This document shows, in pieces, positions 9,744 through 19,995 of a stretch of DNA of 64,000 nucleotides (position 1 is its first letter; each line of letters starts with the position of its first letter). The position numbers and the translations under genes were made by a program. Location of the stretch: positions 319,689-383,688 of the forward strand of contig JAEYLX010000075.1 of assembly GCA_023407575.1 (NCBI GenBank), given 5' to 3'. The notes beneath the pieces are model-generated. The model had not been told where the DNA came from. It did not search any database and saw nothing but the letters and a program-made list of their open reading frames with translations. This DNA comes from Bacillota bacterium. GTDB lineage: Bacteria > Bacillota > Clostridia > Lachnospirales > Lachnospiraceae.

Positions 9744-10973
9744 ATGGATTCTATAAAAATTAATGACACTACTTATTTTGTAGGTAAAATTGATGATCGG
9801 AAGGTTCCCTTTCATCGTTTGATCTTAGAAAGAGGCACCACTTATAACAGTTATCTATTGATGACAGAGAAGCCCACAATTATAGATACCGTGGATATTT
9901 TATTCGGAAAGGAATACGTAACCAACTTAAGTCAATTCATTGATCCCGCTTTCATCGAATATGTCGTAATAAACCACGTGGAGCCAGACCATGCTGGTGC
10001 TCTCCCAGCCCTCCTTGCAAAAGCTCCAAAGGCAAAAGTAGTGACCACTGAACTAGCAGCTAACTTATTAAAAGAAATGTTTCACCTTCATCATAAGGAA
10101 TTCTTAATTGTAAAAGACGGCGATACCTTAGATATTGGCGGCAAAGTACTTCAATTCTTTGAAACCCCATATCTTCATACAGAAGAAACAATGATTACCT
10201 ATGACGTTACAGATAAAGTACTCTTTCCCTGTGATATCTTCAGTACACATATCGCTGCTCCAGAACTATTTAATGATATCGCTAATGGAGAATATATTGA
10301 AGATTTTAAAGTTTACTACAGCTTGATTATGGCTCCTCACAGACGTTTTGTTCGAAAGATGTTAGATAAAATTAAAAACCTTGAGATAAATATGATTGCA
10401 CCTTCACATGGCTACATTTTAAGAGAAAACCCTCATAAATTCATTAAGCTATATGATGAATTAAGTTCCATTGCTGATGACTCCGCACCAAAACACGTAA
10501 CCATCGTTTATTCTACTATGACTGGTAACACCACAAAGATTGCTCAAAAATTGGCACAGGGCTTAGAGGATGTTGGTCTTGCTACTACCGTTTTCAATTT
10601 AAAGAACGCAGATCTCTCAGACGTAAAAGAATGTATCCTCCAAAGTGACGGAGTATTATTTGGAAGTTCCACCAGATACGGTGATATGGTTGGTAATGTC
10701 GAGGAATTGTTACGTTCTTTACAGGAGGAAGACATGAAGGGTAAGGTTGCTGCAGCCTTTGGTTCCTTTGGCTGGAGTGGAGAAGCGATATCCTATCTTG
10801 AAGACTATATCTCTAAGATAGGCTGTAAACTGATAAATAAAAATCACTTAGTAAAAAAGACTGGAACTGACCATATCCTATTCCCATTAAGAGTTCAATT
10901 CAGTTCTGAAAAATATATGGAATTGTCAGAGGAAGCAGGTCGTGAGTTCGGTGAAGAGGTGTTGTCCCAATAA
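9744..10973 (+). CDS. fprA: Flavodiiron protein (A-type flavoprotein, NO/O2 reductase)
   Basis: GTTYNSYL, HVEPDH diiron motif, PSHG, flavodoxin domain STMTGNT...FGSFGWSGEA. Confidence 0.9.
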   Translation: MDSIKINDTTYFVGKIDDRKVPFHRLILERGTTYNSYLLMTEKPTIIDTVDILFGKEYVTNLSQFIDPAFIEYVVINHVEPDHAGALPALLAKAPKAKVVTTELAANLLKEMFHLHHKEFLIVKDGDTLDIGGKVLQFFETPYLHTEETMITYDVTDKVLFPCDIFSTHIAAPELFNDIANGEYIEDFKVYYSLIMAPHRRFVRKMLDKIKNLEINMIAPSHGYILRENPHKFIKLYDELSSIADDSAPKHVTIVYSTMTGNTTKIAQKLAQGLEDVGLATTVFNLKNADLSDVKECILQSDGVLFGSSTRYGDMVGNVEELLRSLQEEDMKGKVAAAFGSFGWSGEAISYLEDYISKIGCKLINKNHLVKKTGTDHILFPLRVQFSSEKYMELSEEAGREFGEEVLSQ

Positions 10974-11047
10974 AATATCAATTCAAATAATTAAATCCAA
11001 ATAATACTTCGTAACTAAAATACTAAATAATAAACAGGAGGATTATT

Positions 11048-11749
11048 ATGAATAAATTTAACAGCAATCAAAGCATTGGTCAAATTGTTGCCATGTTTCC
11101 AAAAGCCAGTGAAATTTTTATGGAATACCGAATTGATTTTTGTTGCGGCGGTCATCGACCGTTAATGGACGCAATTAAGTCCCAGAATATTAATGAAAAA
11201 GAACTATTAGATAAATTAGAGGCAGCTTACTCGGATATTACAAAACAGTCAGATCAAATTGATTATAACAGTATAAAATCTGATGCACTGATTGATTATA
11301 TCATTCATAAGCATCATGGCTACTTAAATCGTTCCTTACCAGAAATAAGTGAATTATCACATACCATATTGAGAGTGCATGGCGTGAATCATAAGGAGCT
11401 ATTCGATTTGCATAAGCTATTTCATTCCTTAAAATCAGAATTAGAATTACATTTAATTAAAGAGGAAACTCTTCTATTTCCCTATATCAAGGATTACGAA
11501 CAGAACCCTTCTCCTGAGCTATTAAAGAAGATTGGCGATACTTTAGAGGAACTTGAAAGCGAACATGATGGTGCAGGCGACATCCTAAAAGAACTTAGAT
11601 CTTTGACCAAGGAGTATACACTTCCTGATGATGTATGTAGAACCTATGAACTTACCTATGAAAAAATTCAGGAGCTTGAGGCAGATTTATTCCAACATAT
11701 ACATCTCGAAAACAATATTTTATTTCTTCGTTACCATGCCACTGTTTAA
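11048..11749 (+). CDS. ric: Iron-sulfur cluster repair di-iron protein (Ric/ScdA/YtfE)
   Basis: IDFCCGG, HLIKEETLLFP, HIHLENNILF. Confidence 0.93.
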   Translation: MNKFNSNQSIGQIVAMFPKASEIFMEYRIDFCCGGHRPLMDAIKSQNINEKELLDKLEAAYSDITKQSDQIDYNSIKSDALIDYIIHKHHGYLNRSLPEISELSHTILRVHGVNHKELFDLHKLFHSLKSELELHLIKEETLLFPYIKDYEQNPSPELLKKIGDTLEELESEHDGAGDILKELRSLTKEYTLPDDVCRTYELTYEKIQELEADLFQHIHLENNILFLRYHATV

Positions 11750-11895
11750 GTTTAAATAAAGTAAGAATTCACTAACTTTATATATAACATTGTATTTAAT
11801 ATATATTGTAAACCCAATAAATATTGTATACTGAAAATGTAATAAATGGAAAACATATAATTTAATAATCAATTTTAACTTAAGGAGGTATTGTA

Positions 11896-12129
11896 ATGGC
11901 CTATTTGATTGATCCTAATAAAAGTGTTTTTGAATTAACAAAGGAACATCCTGAACTTATTCCCATTATGAAAGAAATTGGCTTTGACAGCATTACCACC
12001 CCCGGAATGTTAAATACAGCCGGAAGATTTATGACCCTTCCCAAAGGTGCCGCAATGAAGAAAATACCAATGGAACAGATAAAAGCTGCCTTTCTGGAGC
12101 ATGGATTTCAAATATTAGATAAGGAGTGA
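11896..12129 (+). CDS. DUF1858-family small protein
   Basis: SVFELTKEHPEL...GF...NTAGRFMTL pattern; AAGGAGG RBS; precedes DUF438 gene. Confidence 0.8.
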   Translation: MAYLIDPNKSVFELTKEHPELIPIMKEIGFDSITTPGMLNTAGRFMTLPKGAAMKKIPMEQIKAAFLEHGFQILDKE

Positions 12130-12133
12130 TTTT

Positions 12134-13402
12134 ATGAGCGAAATGATTAATAACAGAGAACATCGACAGCAAATTCTAAAAGGACTAATTAAGGAACTGC
12201 ATGATGGAAAAACAGTGGAGGAAGTAAAATCCCGTTTTGAAGAATTAATTCAAGGTATCTCAACTAGAGAAATAACCGAAATGGAGCAAGCCTTAATAAG
12301 AGAAGGGCTTCCTGTCGAGGAAATACAGAATTTATGCGATGTACATGCTGCTGTTTTTAAAGGCTCTATTGAAGAAATTCATATGCCGGATAATCCACAA
12401 GACATCCCTGGACATCCAGTTCACACCTTTAGAACGGAAAATAGAGCAATTGAACGCTTCTTGACAAAACAAGTTGCTAATCACTTGTATACTTACCAGG
12501 AAGAAGCTTCTGACAGTAATCGTGACTTGCTGACGGAAGATATGAAGAAGTTATTAGAAATAGATAAGCACTACTCCAGAAAAGAGAACTTAATTTTCCC
12601 CTATCTTGAAAAATACGGTATTACTGCACCTCCGAAGGTTATGTGGGGAGTTGATGATGAAATTAGACAGGACATCAAAAATAGTATTGCTGCTCTGCAA
12701 TCCAGCGATGCTTCCGAAGCTGTTAAAAAAGTAGAATATGCTGTAGAACGTGTAAATGAGATGATTTTTAAAGAAGATAACATTCTCTTCCCAATGACTC
12801 TAGAAACATTAACTGAAGATGAATGGTTTCAAATTGAACAGGCTAGTGAAGAGATAGGCTTCTTCTTCTATGAGCCAAAAACAAAATGGACTCCAAAGAA
12901 AAAAGCCGAAGACACTGCAGACAGCCTACCTTCAGCATCAGCAACTACTTCATCTGAATTAAATGGCGATTCTGTAGCTGATCAGCCAGTTGGAAAAGGG
13001 CTAATCCCATTTGATGCCGGTGCACTAACCCAGGAAGAACTAAATGCCATGCTTAACACGCTTCCCTTTGATATTACCTTTGTTGATAAAAATGACATCG
13101 TAAAGTACTTTACTCAGGGGAAAGAAAGAATCTTCCCAAGACCAAAAACTGTTATTGGAAGGGAAGTAAAGAACTGTCATCCACCAGCAAGTGTTCACAT
13201 TGTTGAGCAAATCGTTGAGGATCTTAGAACCGGGAAAAAAGATAATGAAGATTTCTGGATCAATATGAGAGGGCAATTCGTACACATCAGATATTATGCT
13301 GTAAGAAATGCAGCTGGTGAATTCCTTGGAGTTATGGAGGTAACTCAAGATATTAAGCCACTGCGCGACTTAACAGGTGAAAAGCGTCTGGTTTCAGAGT
13401 AA
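12134..13402 (+). CDS. DUF438/hemerythrin-like/PAS domain protein
   Basis: LCDVHAAVF, HYSRKENLIFP, VMWGVDDEIR, PAS with CHPP. Confidence 0.88.
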   Translation: MSEMINNREHRQQILKGLIKELHDGKTVEEVKSRFEELIQGISTREITEMEQALIREGLPVEEIQNLCDVHAAVFKGSIEEIHMPDNPQDIPGHPVHTFRTENRAIERFLTKQVANHLYTYQEEASDSNRDLLTEDMKKLLEIDKHYSRKENLIFPYLEKYGITAPPKVMWGVDDEIRQDIKNSIAALQSSDASEAVKKVEYAVERVNEMIFKEDNILFPMTLETLTEDEWFQIEQASEEIGFFFYEPKTKWTPKKKAEDTADSLPSASATTSSELNGDSVADQPVGKGLIPFDAGALTQEELNAMLNTLPFDITFVDKNDIVKYFTQGKERIFPRPKTVIGREVKNCHPPASVHIVEQIVEDLRTGKKDNEDFWINMRGQFVHIRYYAVRNAAGEFLGVMEVTQDIKPLRDLTGEKRLVSE

Positions 13403-13624
13403 ATATATATTTACTCTGAAAGAAACACACTACACATGTCCCTCCAGTTATTACGAGTGAGTTCACACCTACAAGATGAACCTACAAGTGGTTGCACTTG
13501 TATAAAAAAGGAGTAAAGATTGATATAGCAGGATTCCAATATATCAATCTTAGCTTCTTTTTTCACAAACTCATAGTGGAGTTTATTTGTCCTTTATTTT
13601 ATTAGTCTTTTATTACTGGATTAT

Positions 13625-15163
13625 TTAATATCCAAATGCACTTAGTTGTTCCTTCACACTATTTTGCTTCGTACTGAAATACCACTCTTCATTGGTTAAC
13701 TCCCACAAATTACCTTCCTTCATTTCATTATCCACTTTATCTCCGTATATGTCGTATAATTTATGATATAGTTCAAGATACCTATCATAGGTAACATAAT
13801 TATTTTCTGGAATGGATAATTCATTCAGATAGTTCAAATAAATCTCTCTATACTTGTCTATTGCTAAAAGCTTATCAATCAGTGGATGCGTTGTCTCTTT
13901 CTGATATAACTCATTGTTCATATTCTTCCATTCCATAATATCAACCGTTGCAATTCCTTCATAGCTCCAATGAGGATTGCCATCCCACCCGCCAGCTAAA
14001 ATGTTATCATAATCGAAGGGTATCCATTCCACTTTCCCCTTTTCATCAAAATAAAGATAATAGTTATTTCCCATGCTGCGATAACCATCAATATGACCAA
14101 GCATAACATCCATTGCCTGCACTCTTAAAAATTGGTCAATGTTAAAATGTTCCTCCAGATATGCTGCAAATTCCTCGCCTTCCAATTTGTTAATTTGTTC
14201 TATAAATTCTTTCAAATCTTCGAAATTATCTTCTCCTTCGTTTGTCTTTCTATCGTAGGTAGGGCGATAATTTTCTTCCCAATCTTTTATTCCAATTGAT
14301 TTACTGTCTGTTATTGGCATTAACGATGCGGGTCCATAATTTTGCCACAGGCATTTATAAAGATTTCCATCATTATTATCCTTGCCAAGTCTCTTTGTAA
14401 AAAAGCTTTTATCCACCTCTTCCATATATCTCACAACACCAAAGTCATGCTCTACACCATCAATTACGATAGTAAGAACTGCAAGCGACGCCTTGGGTGC
14501 AGTTATCCCAAAGGTATTCATTACGTCATAACTGAATATCTCTCTAATGTTACTTGGATCAGTACCAGTATGTGCCTTAAAATTAAGCTCTGACACATCC
14601 GCCATTTCACGATCTTTTCTTTGTTCATATTGTGTGCTATTCTCATCCATTTCAAAGGTCTCATCAAATTTAAGTTTAAAATTAAAGCGATGTAACCCGT
14701 CCTCAGTTTCTGGCAAAACTCTACTGGTATTTCCTTTGGTTCTAACTCCTATTTCACCTAGAATAACCTCACTATTTCCATCAGAATAATATAAATCTGC
14801 CCTACGATAATTACCGGTTCTCATACTGTTATCTACACGCTTTATATCCAGCATGTCCTCTGATAAACCGACCCACTCGTCCTTTGTTATAACAATCTTA
14901 AATTCATGTAAAAGAGTTGGATCAAAAAGATCCTTATAGGTTGCCTCTCCCGAATCCTGTACTATCTGCATTTGAGGTTTTTGTTCCTGTGTCTGACTCT
15001 GTGAATCTTGCTCTGTTTCTTTGGAATCCCCAAGATTAAGTTGGCTATCAGACTTCCCCTGTTGATTCGTCTTTTCTCTTTGATTCATAACGATAGAATT
15101 AATCAGAAATATGCTACTTATTAAAAGAAGCAATATTATAATCAGTAAAATCTTCTTTCTCAT
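13625..15163 (-). CDS. CotH-family kinase-like protein, membrane anchored
   Basis: RTKGNTSR, FKLKF, GNLYK, NNYYLY, IPFDYD motifs; N-terminal TM. Confidence 0.85.
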   Translation of the reverse strand: MRKKILLIIILLLLISSIFLINSIVMNQREKTNQQGKSDSQLNLGDSKETEQDSQSQTQEQKPQMQIVQDSGEATYKDLFDPTLLHEFKIVITKDEWVGLSEDMLDIKRVDNSMRTGNYRRADLYYSDGNSEVILGEIGVRTKGNTSRVLPETEDGLHRFNFKLKFDETFEMDENSTQYEQRKDREMADVSELNFKAHTGTDPSNIREIFSYDVMNTFGITAPKASLAVLTIVIDGVEHDFGVVRYMEEVDKSFFTKRLGKDNNDGNLYKCLWQNYGPASLMPITDSKSIGIKDWEENYRPTYDRKTNEGEDNFEDLKEFIEQINKLEGEEFAAYLEEHFNIDQFLRVQAMDVMLGHIDGYRSMGNNYYLYFDEKGKVEWIPFDYDNILAGGWDGNPHWSYEGIATVDIMEWKNMNNELYQKETTHPLIDKLLAIDKYREIYLNYLNELSIPENNYVTYDRYLELYHKLYDIYGDKVDNEMKEGNLWELTNEEWYFSTKQNSVKEQLSAFGY

Positions 15164-15346
15164 ACATTCCCCACCTTTTATATAATACCTATATTATACA
15201 GGATAAATTAATCAATTGAAAGAAAATACGAAATTTTTCGAAAATATTAAATCTCAAAATTGACATCTATTCAGAATCTATCACAAAAAAAGTGCATCTT
15301 CACAATATAAATGTGAAAGAAGCACCCTTAATTTAACTAACTTATG

Positions 15347-16381
15347 CTATTCTACAGATACCTTATTCTTACCAGCATCTTTACTTAAATACATAACCTC
15401 ATCCGCCTTTTTAATAACTTCATCTAACGTAAGGTTCTCATTATTCTTAATATAAACTCCAAAACTAGCCGTAACTGTAATTGAATTGATTTCATCTGTT
15501 ATCACGGTACGTTCTATTTCAGACCTTATATACTCTACCCGTTGTCGAACTTTCTCTTTGTCAACAAAATTCTGCATGTACATTATAATCTCGTCACCAC
15601 CATACCTTGCAACGATATCATTCGTTCTTGTAGCACTACTTATAATTTGAGCAACTGTTTTTAATACAGCATCTCCCATAGGATGCCCATAGTGGTCATT
15701 GATTAATTTAAAATCATCCAAATCAACTATCACTATACTGTAATTCAGCTCTGTCAAATTGGCAATATGATTTAACGTCTCAAAGAAGTAACGCTTGTTA
15801 AAGATTTCAGTAAGACCATCACGATAAGCACTCTCTTTAATTTGTTTATATAAAAAGTTATTCTCTATAGCAACACCAATGTGGTTACCGATTAAGGAAA
15901 GAAAAACTGCATGATCCTTTGTAAAATAATTAATTTCCTTATGTTGAATTATAATATATCCGATGAGACGATTATCTATTTTCACAGGAACGCCCATACA
16001 GGAGTGTGCTTCGTATGCTTCCTGTGTATTGCAAAAAATAGATGACTCACTATTAAGTATAAACTCTTCATTATGATTTAAAAGAATAAGACTTTTTTCC
16101 ACTTCAGAAATTTCATCCGATACGTTCTGGGTTACTGCATCATATTCCTCTTCTGACTTTATATAAATTGAGGAATGCATTGCACCAAAAACACCGATTA
16201 ACATATCGTTAATCAGTGAAAAAAGATTAGGATCTTTAATATATTGGTTAATATATCTACTTATCTCTAGGAGGTTCGTAAACATATCTAACTTCTTTTC
16301 CAAATTGGTAACCTGCCAAGACAACTGATTTATAGTCTTCTCAGTGAATTCTTGATACCTCTCAAATTGCTCGGAATTCAT
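15347..16381 (-). CDS. GAF-GGDEF diguanylate cyclase
   Basis: DGLT, DLDDFKLINDHYGHPMGD, RxxD I-site (RTND), GGDEI. Confidence 0.9.
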   Translation of the reverse strand: MNSEQFERYQEFTEKTINQLSWQVTNLEKKLDMFTNLLEISRYINQYIKDPNLFSLINDMLIGVFGAMHSSIYIKSEEEYDAVTQNVSDEISEVEKSLILLNHNEEFILNSESSIFCNTQEAYEAHSCMGVPVKIDNRLIGYIIIQHKEINYFTKDHAVFLSLIGNHIGVAIENNFLYKQIKESAYRDGLTEIFNKRYFFETLNHIANLTELNYSIVIVDLDDFKLINDHYGHPMGDAVLKTVAQIISSATRTNDIVARYGGDEIIMYMQNFVDKEKVRQRVEYIRSEIERTVITDEINSITVTASFGVYIKNNENLTLDEVIKKADEVMYLSKDAGKNKVSVE

Positions 16382-16686
16382 TTCTTAAGCTCCTTCCATT
16401 TCGAAGTAATCCCATTATAAATACTTTAAAAATATCATTTCATTCTCATCTAGGTATAAAGTCTTATTTTATTGTATCACCTAAAATCAAAACTTTCTAC
16501 TATTAATCGTATATTTTTACAATATTTTATTTTATACCTTTAAAACTGCTCTATTTTGCGCTATTTAAACCAATCATTTCCTCTGGTATTATTTTTTCTA
16601 TCAATTATATAGGAAAGACTTTGCATTTTTCAATAAAATTATTATCGTAACATCTAATTACCATATTTATTTTAATATTTATGCAG

Positions 16687-16728
16687 ATAAAAACTGGTGC
16701 TGTCATTAATGACTACACCAGTTTTTAT
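16687..16728 (-). terminator. Terminator after glnK
   Basis: ATAAAAACTGGTG/CACCAGTTTTTAT inverted repeat. Confidence 0.7.
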
Positions 16729-16762
16729 TCTATGACATTTAATTATTATTTTTACAGATTAA

Positions 16763-17116
16763 TTAATCTTCATGGTAGATTGCTTCGGTTCCATGCTGAC
16801 CTGTACGGATACGAACGGTATCCAACAAGCTGTATACAAAGATCTTACCATCGCCGGGCTTACCAGTTAAAGCAGTCTTAGTAATAGCTTCTACTGTTTT
16901 ATCCACCCATTCCTGATTGGGGACTACAATTTCAAATTTAATTTTAGGAATCATATTTACATCAACTTTAGAACCTCTGACAATTTCAGTATACCCCTTT
17001 TGAACACCACAGCCCATAACCTGGGAAACTGTAATGCCATGTACATCAAGATCGTTTAACACAGCCTTAACGTCTTCATATTTTTCTTCTCTAACGATAG
17101 CTTCTATTTTAATCAT
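16763..17116 (-). CDS. glnK: P-II nitrogen regulatory protein
   Basis: KIEAIVR, GCGVQKG, TGKPGDGKIF, RIRTG; adjacent to amtB. Confidence 0.92.
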   Translation of the reverse strand: MIKIEAIVREEKYEDVKAVLNDLDVHGITVSQVMGCGVQKGYTEIVRGSKVDVNMIPKIKFEIVVPNQEWVDKTVEAITKTALTGKPGDGKIFVYSLLDTVRIRTGQHGTEAIYHED

Positions 17117-17141
17117 GCCTTATTGCCCCTTTCCAATCTTA

Positions 17142-18383
17142 TTAATCTAAACCGTTAAATGACGGATACGCATTCTCACCATGCTGTGTTGTATCAAGAC
17201 CAGTCTTTTCATCCTCTGGAGATACTCTAAGAGGAATAAAGAGCTTAACGATGGAAGCACAAACGAAGGTTCCAACTACTGCTACTACAATAGTTACACC
17301 AATGCTAATTACCTGTGCTAAAAGCAAATGATAATCTCCAGAAATTAAACCGTCCCACTTAGGGAAGCTATTAATTGATTTCTGTGCGAAAATACCAGTT
17401 GCTATACCACCCCAGATACCGCCGATACCATGGCAGCCAAATGCATCAAGAGCATCGTCATAACCAAATTTCTTCTTAATAACTGACATTGAGAAATAAC
17501 AAACAGGGCTAACTACAAGACCAATAATAATGGATGCCCAAATAGGAACAAAGCCTGCTCCAGGAGTAATTGCTACAAGACCTAATACAGCACCAGTTAC
17601 TGCACCAACAACCGTTGGTTTGCCCTGTTTAATTACATCAATCGCCATCCAAGATAACAAAGCACATGCTGCAGAAGTATTAGTTGTCATAAATGCATGA
17701 ACTGCAATATCATTTGCTCCAAGAGCACTACCAGCATTAAAACCAAACCATCCAAACCAAAGAATGGAAGCACCTAAGATTGCAAATGGAATGTTATGAA
17801 TACGATAGGAAGCTTTCGAGGAACCTCTTCTGTTACCAAGCATAATACAAAGAACTAAACCACTTACACCAGAGCTGATATGAACAACGTTACCACCAGC
17901 AAAGTCAATGGAACCAATGGTAGCTCCAAGGAAGCCATCAATACCCCATACCATATGTGCTAATGGATAATAAACTACAAGTGACCATAGAGCTATAAAT
18001 ACAAATAATGCACTAAATTTCATACGTCCTGCTACCGCACCAGTAATAAGTGCAGGAGTAATTATAGCGAACATCATCTGGAAGATAGCAAAGGAAAGGT
18101 TTGGAATTCCAGTAGCATAAGGACCTGGATCTAATTTAGAAACACCTTCTAAACCTATCCACTTCAAAGAACCAATAACACCACCGATATCATCACCAAA
18201 GCTAAGAGTAAAGCCAACTAATACCCACATTACAGAAGCAAGACCCATAATAAATACAGAACTCATCATTGTATTTAATACATTCTTTCTTCTCTCCAGA
18301 CCACCATAAAAGAATGCTAAACCAGGTGTCATAAATAAAACCAATGCTGACGCAAAAAGCATAAATCCAATATCTCCGCTCAT
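17142..18383 (-). CDS. amtB: Ammonium transporter
   Basis: MTPGLAFFYGG, DFAGGNVVH, WFGWFGFNAGS, DDALDAFGCHG. Confidence 0.97.
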   Translation of the reverse strand: MSGDIGFMLFASALVLFMTPGLAFFYGGLERRKNVLNTMMSSVFIMGLASVMWVLVGFTLSFGDDIGGVIGSLKWIGLEGVSKLDPGPYATGIPNLSFAIFQMMFAIITPALITGAVAGRMKFSALFVFIALWSLVVYYPLAHMVWGIDGFLGATIGSIDFAGGNVVHISSGVSGLVLCIMLGNRRGSSKASYRIHNIPFAILGASILWFGWFGFNAGSALGANDIAVHAFMTTNTSAACALLSWMAIDVIKQGKPTVVGAVTGAVLGLVAITPGAGFVPIWASIIIGLVVSPVCYFSMSVIKKKFGYDDALDAFGCHGIGGIWGGIATGIFAQKSINSFPKWDGLISGDYHLLLAQVISIGVTIVVAVVGTFVCASIVKLFIPLRVSPEDEKTGLDTTQHGENAYPSFNGLD

Positions 18384-18454
18384 AAAAATCCTCCTTTAAA
18401 TATTATTCCATCTTCGTAATCATGTTTTGATACCCCGGCCCTAAGCATCAAATT

Positions 18455-18507
18455 TATAAAGAAAAGGTGTCTGATATGTAGAACCACATAACAGACACCT
18501 TCGTCTC
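18455..18507 (-). promoter_or_regulatory. amtB leader attenuator 2: hexaloop hairpin overlapping terminator
   Basis: Minus strand AGAC-GAAGGT-GTCT overlapping 5' arm of stem AAGGTGTCTG/CAGACACCTT plus T-rich tail. Confidence 0.65.
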
Positions 18508-18593
18508 TAAATATAATATTTTAATTAACCATTTTCTCTTAAATAACAATTTAATATCTAGCATTTTAATTTTAATTAAGGATTTAATAATAC

Positions 18594-18645
18594 AAAAAAG
18601 CGAATTGTGAGAAATCTTCTGATTTCTAACAAATCGCCATTGATT
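18594..18645 (-). promoter_or_regulatory. amtB leader attenuator 1: hexaloop hairpin overlapping terminator
   Basis: Minus strand AATC-AATGGC-GATT overlapping stem GCGATTTGTTAGAAATC/GATTTCTCACAATTCGC plus TTTTTT. Confidence 0.65.
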
Positions 18646-18654
18646 GATGAAGTG

Positions 18655-18683
18655 ATTATATCTAGTATTTTTACAAATGTCAA
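18655..18683 (-). promoter_or_regulatory. SigA promoter of amtB-glnK
   Basis: Perfect TTGACA-17bp-TATAAT. Confidence 0.85.
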
Positions 18684-18742
18684 TAACTAAATTTAAAAAT
18701 ATTTTCAAAAAATTTTATTGAAATTTAATAAATGTTGTATCA

Positions 18743-19939
18743 TTATTCATACATATGACCCATCTTTTCCTTCTTAGTATCAAAATATCTTTGATTATGA
18801 GTATTCGTATTCATAACAAGTGGAACCCTTTGAGAGATTTCAATTCCATGGCCCTTAAGCCCTACTATTTTCTTGGGATTATTCGTCATAAGCCTTACTT
18901 TTCTAACATTCAATTCACTAAGAATTTGAGCTCCAATTCCATAATCCCTCATATCAGACGGAAATCCAAGTGCCAGATTAGCTTCTTCCGTATCCATCCC
19001 TTGTTCTTGTAATTTATATGCCTTAATTTTATTAATTAGACCGATACCCCTGCCTTCTTGGCGCAAATATAGCAAAATTCCTTTGCCTTCTTTTTCAATA
19101 TTCGTAAGTGCAGCTGCCAACTGCTCGCCACAATCACATTTTAAAGAATGAAACGCATCCCCTGTTAGGCACTCCGAATGTACTCTCACAAGGATTTCCT
19201 CTTCGGGAGTAATCTCACCTTTTACAAGTGCAACATGATGCTCGCCGTTCAGAGTATTAACAAAGCCTACCATTCTAAAGTCACCATATTCTGTAGGTAG
19301 GTTTGCCTCTGCCTCTTTCACTACGTAACATTCTCTTTCTCTACGATATGCAATAAGCTCCTCAATTGATACTATCTTAATTCCTTCCTGTTTGGCAAAA
19401 TTGAAAATTTCCTCGGAATTCGCAACTTCACCCTGGTCATTCAATAACTCTGACAAAACACCGGAACCAGAAATATCACTCAGATTTATTAAATCCGCTG
19501 CTGCCTCTGCAAAGGAAGCTTTTTTTAATACACCACCTTTTACAGTTGGAATAAGGAAAACATGCCCCGGCGTTTTAAAATTACTATTATCAATCTTATC
19601 TTCTTTTAACTTCTTAAGAGTAAAGGCTCTATCCTCTGCTGTTACCCCCATAGTTGTGCTGATATGATCCAAGGAAAGTTCATAGCTTAAGGGAAATCCT
19701 ATTTTGCCTGTATGTGTCAAACGAGGTATAGATATATCTGCCATATCTTCTACACTAACAGTAGTGTAGATAAAGCCTGTTCCTTTTTTCATAAGATTAT
19801 TAATATTATTTGAATTGGCATATTCTCCTGCTATACAGAGTACACCACCTGTTTCCGCTTGCTCATCATCCACTACAATTACAAAATTTCCCAATTTTAT
19901 ATCCTTTAAGATTTCTTCCACTTTTGTTAACATTTCCAT
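18743..19939 (-). CDS. ribBA: RibBA-like: intact GTP cyclohydrolase II fused to degenerate DHBP synthase domain
   Basis: RVHSECLTGD...CDC...RQEGRGIG...RDY intact; DDEDRENEGD changed to DDEQAETGGV and RAGHTE to KASFAE. Confidence 0.9.
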   Translation of the reverse strand: MEMLTKVEEILKDIKLGNFVIVVDDEQAETGGVLCIAGEYANSNNINNLMKKGTGFIYTTVSVEDMADISIPRLTHTGKIGFPLSYELSLDHISTTMGVTAEDRAFTLKKLKEDKIDNSNFKTPGHVFLIPTVKGGVLKKASFAEAAADLINLSDISGSGVLSELLNDQGEVANSEEIFNFAKQEGIKIVSIEELIAYRRERECYVVKEAEANLPTEYGDFRMVGFVNTLNGEHHVALVKGEITPEEEILVRVHSECLTGDAFHSLKCDCGEQLAAALTNIEKEGKGILLYLRQEGRGIGLINKIKAYKLQEQGMDTEEANLALGFPSDMRDYGIGAQILSELNVRKVRLMTNNPKKIVGLKGHGIEISQRVPLVMNTNTHNQRYFDTKKEKMGHMYE

Positions 19940-19995
19940 TCCTCCTAACTAGATTATCTTAATAGTAAATGAATAATTATATTTGTTATGAATAT

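Noticed and set aside
18454..18708. 84-aa ORF upstream of amtB
   Set aside because: Spans the promoter and both attenuators; no RBS; unconvincing composition
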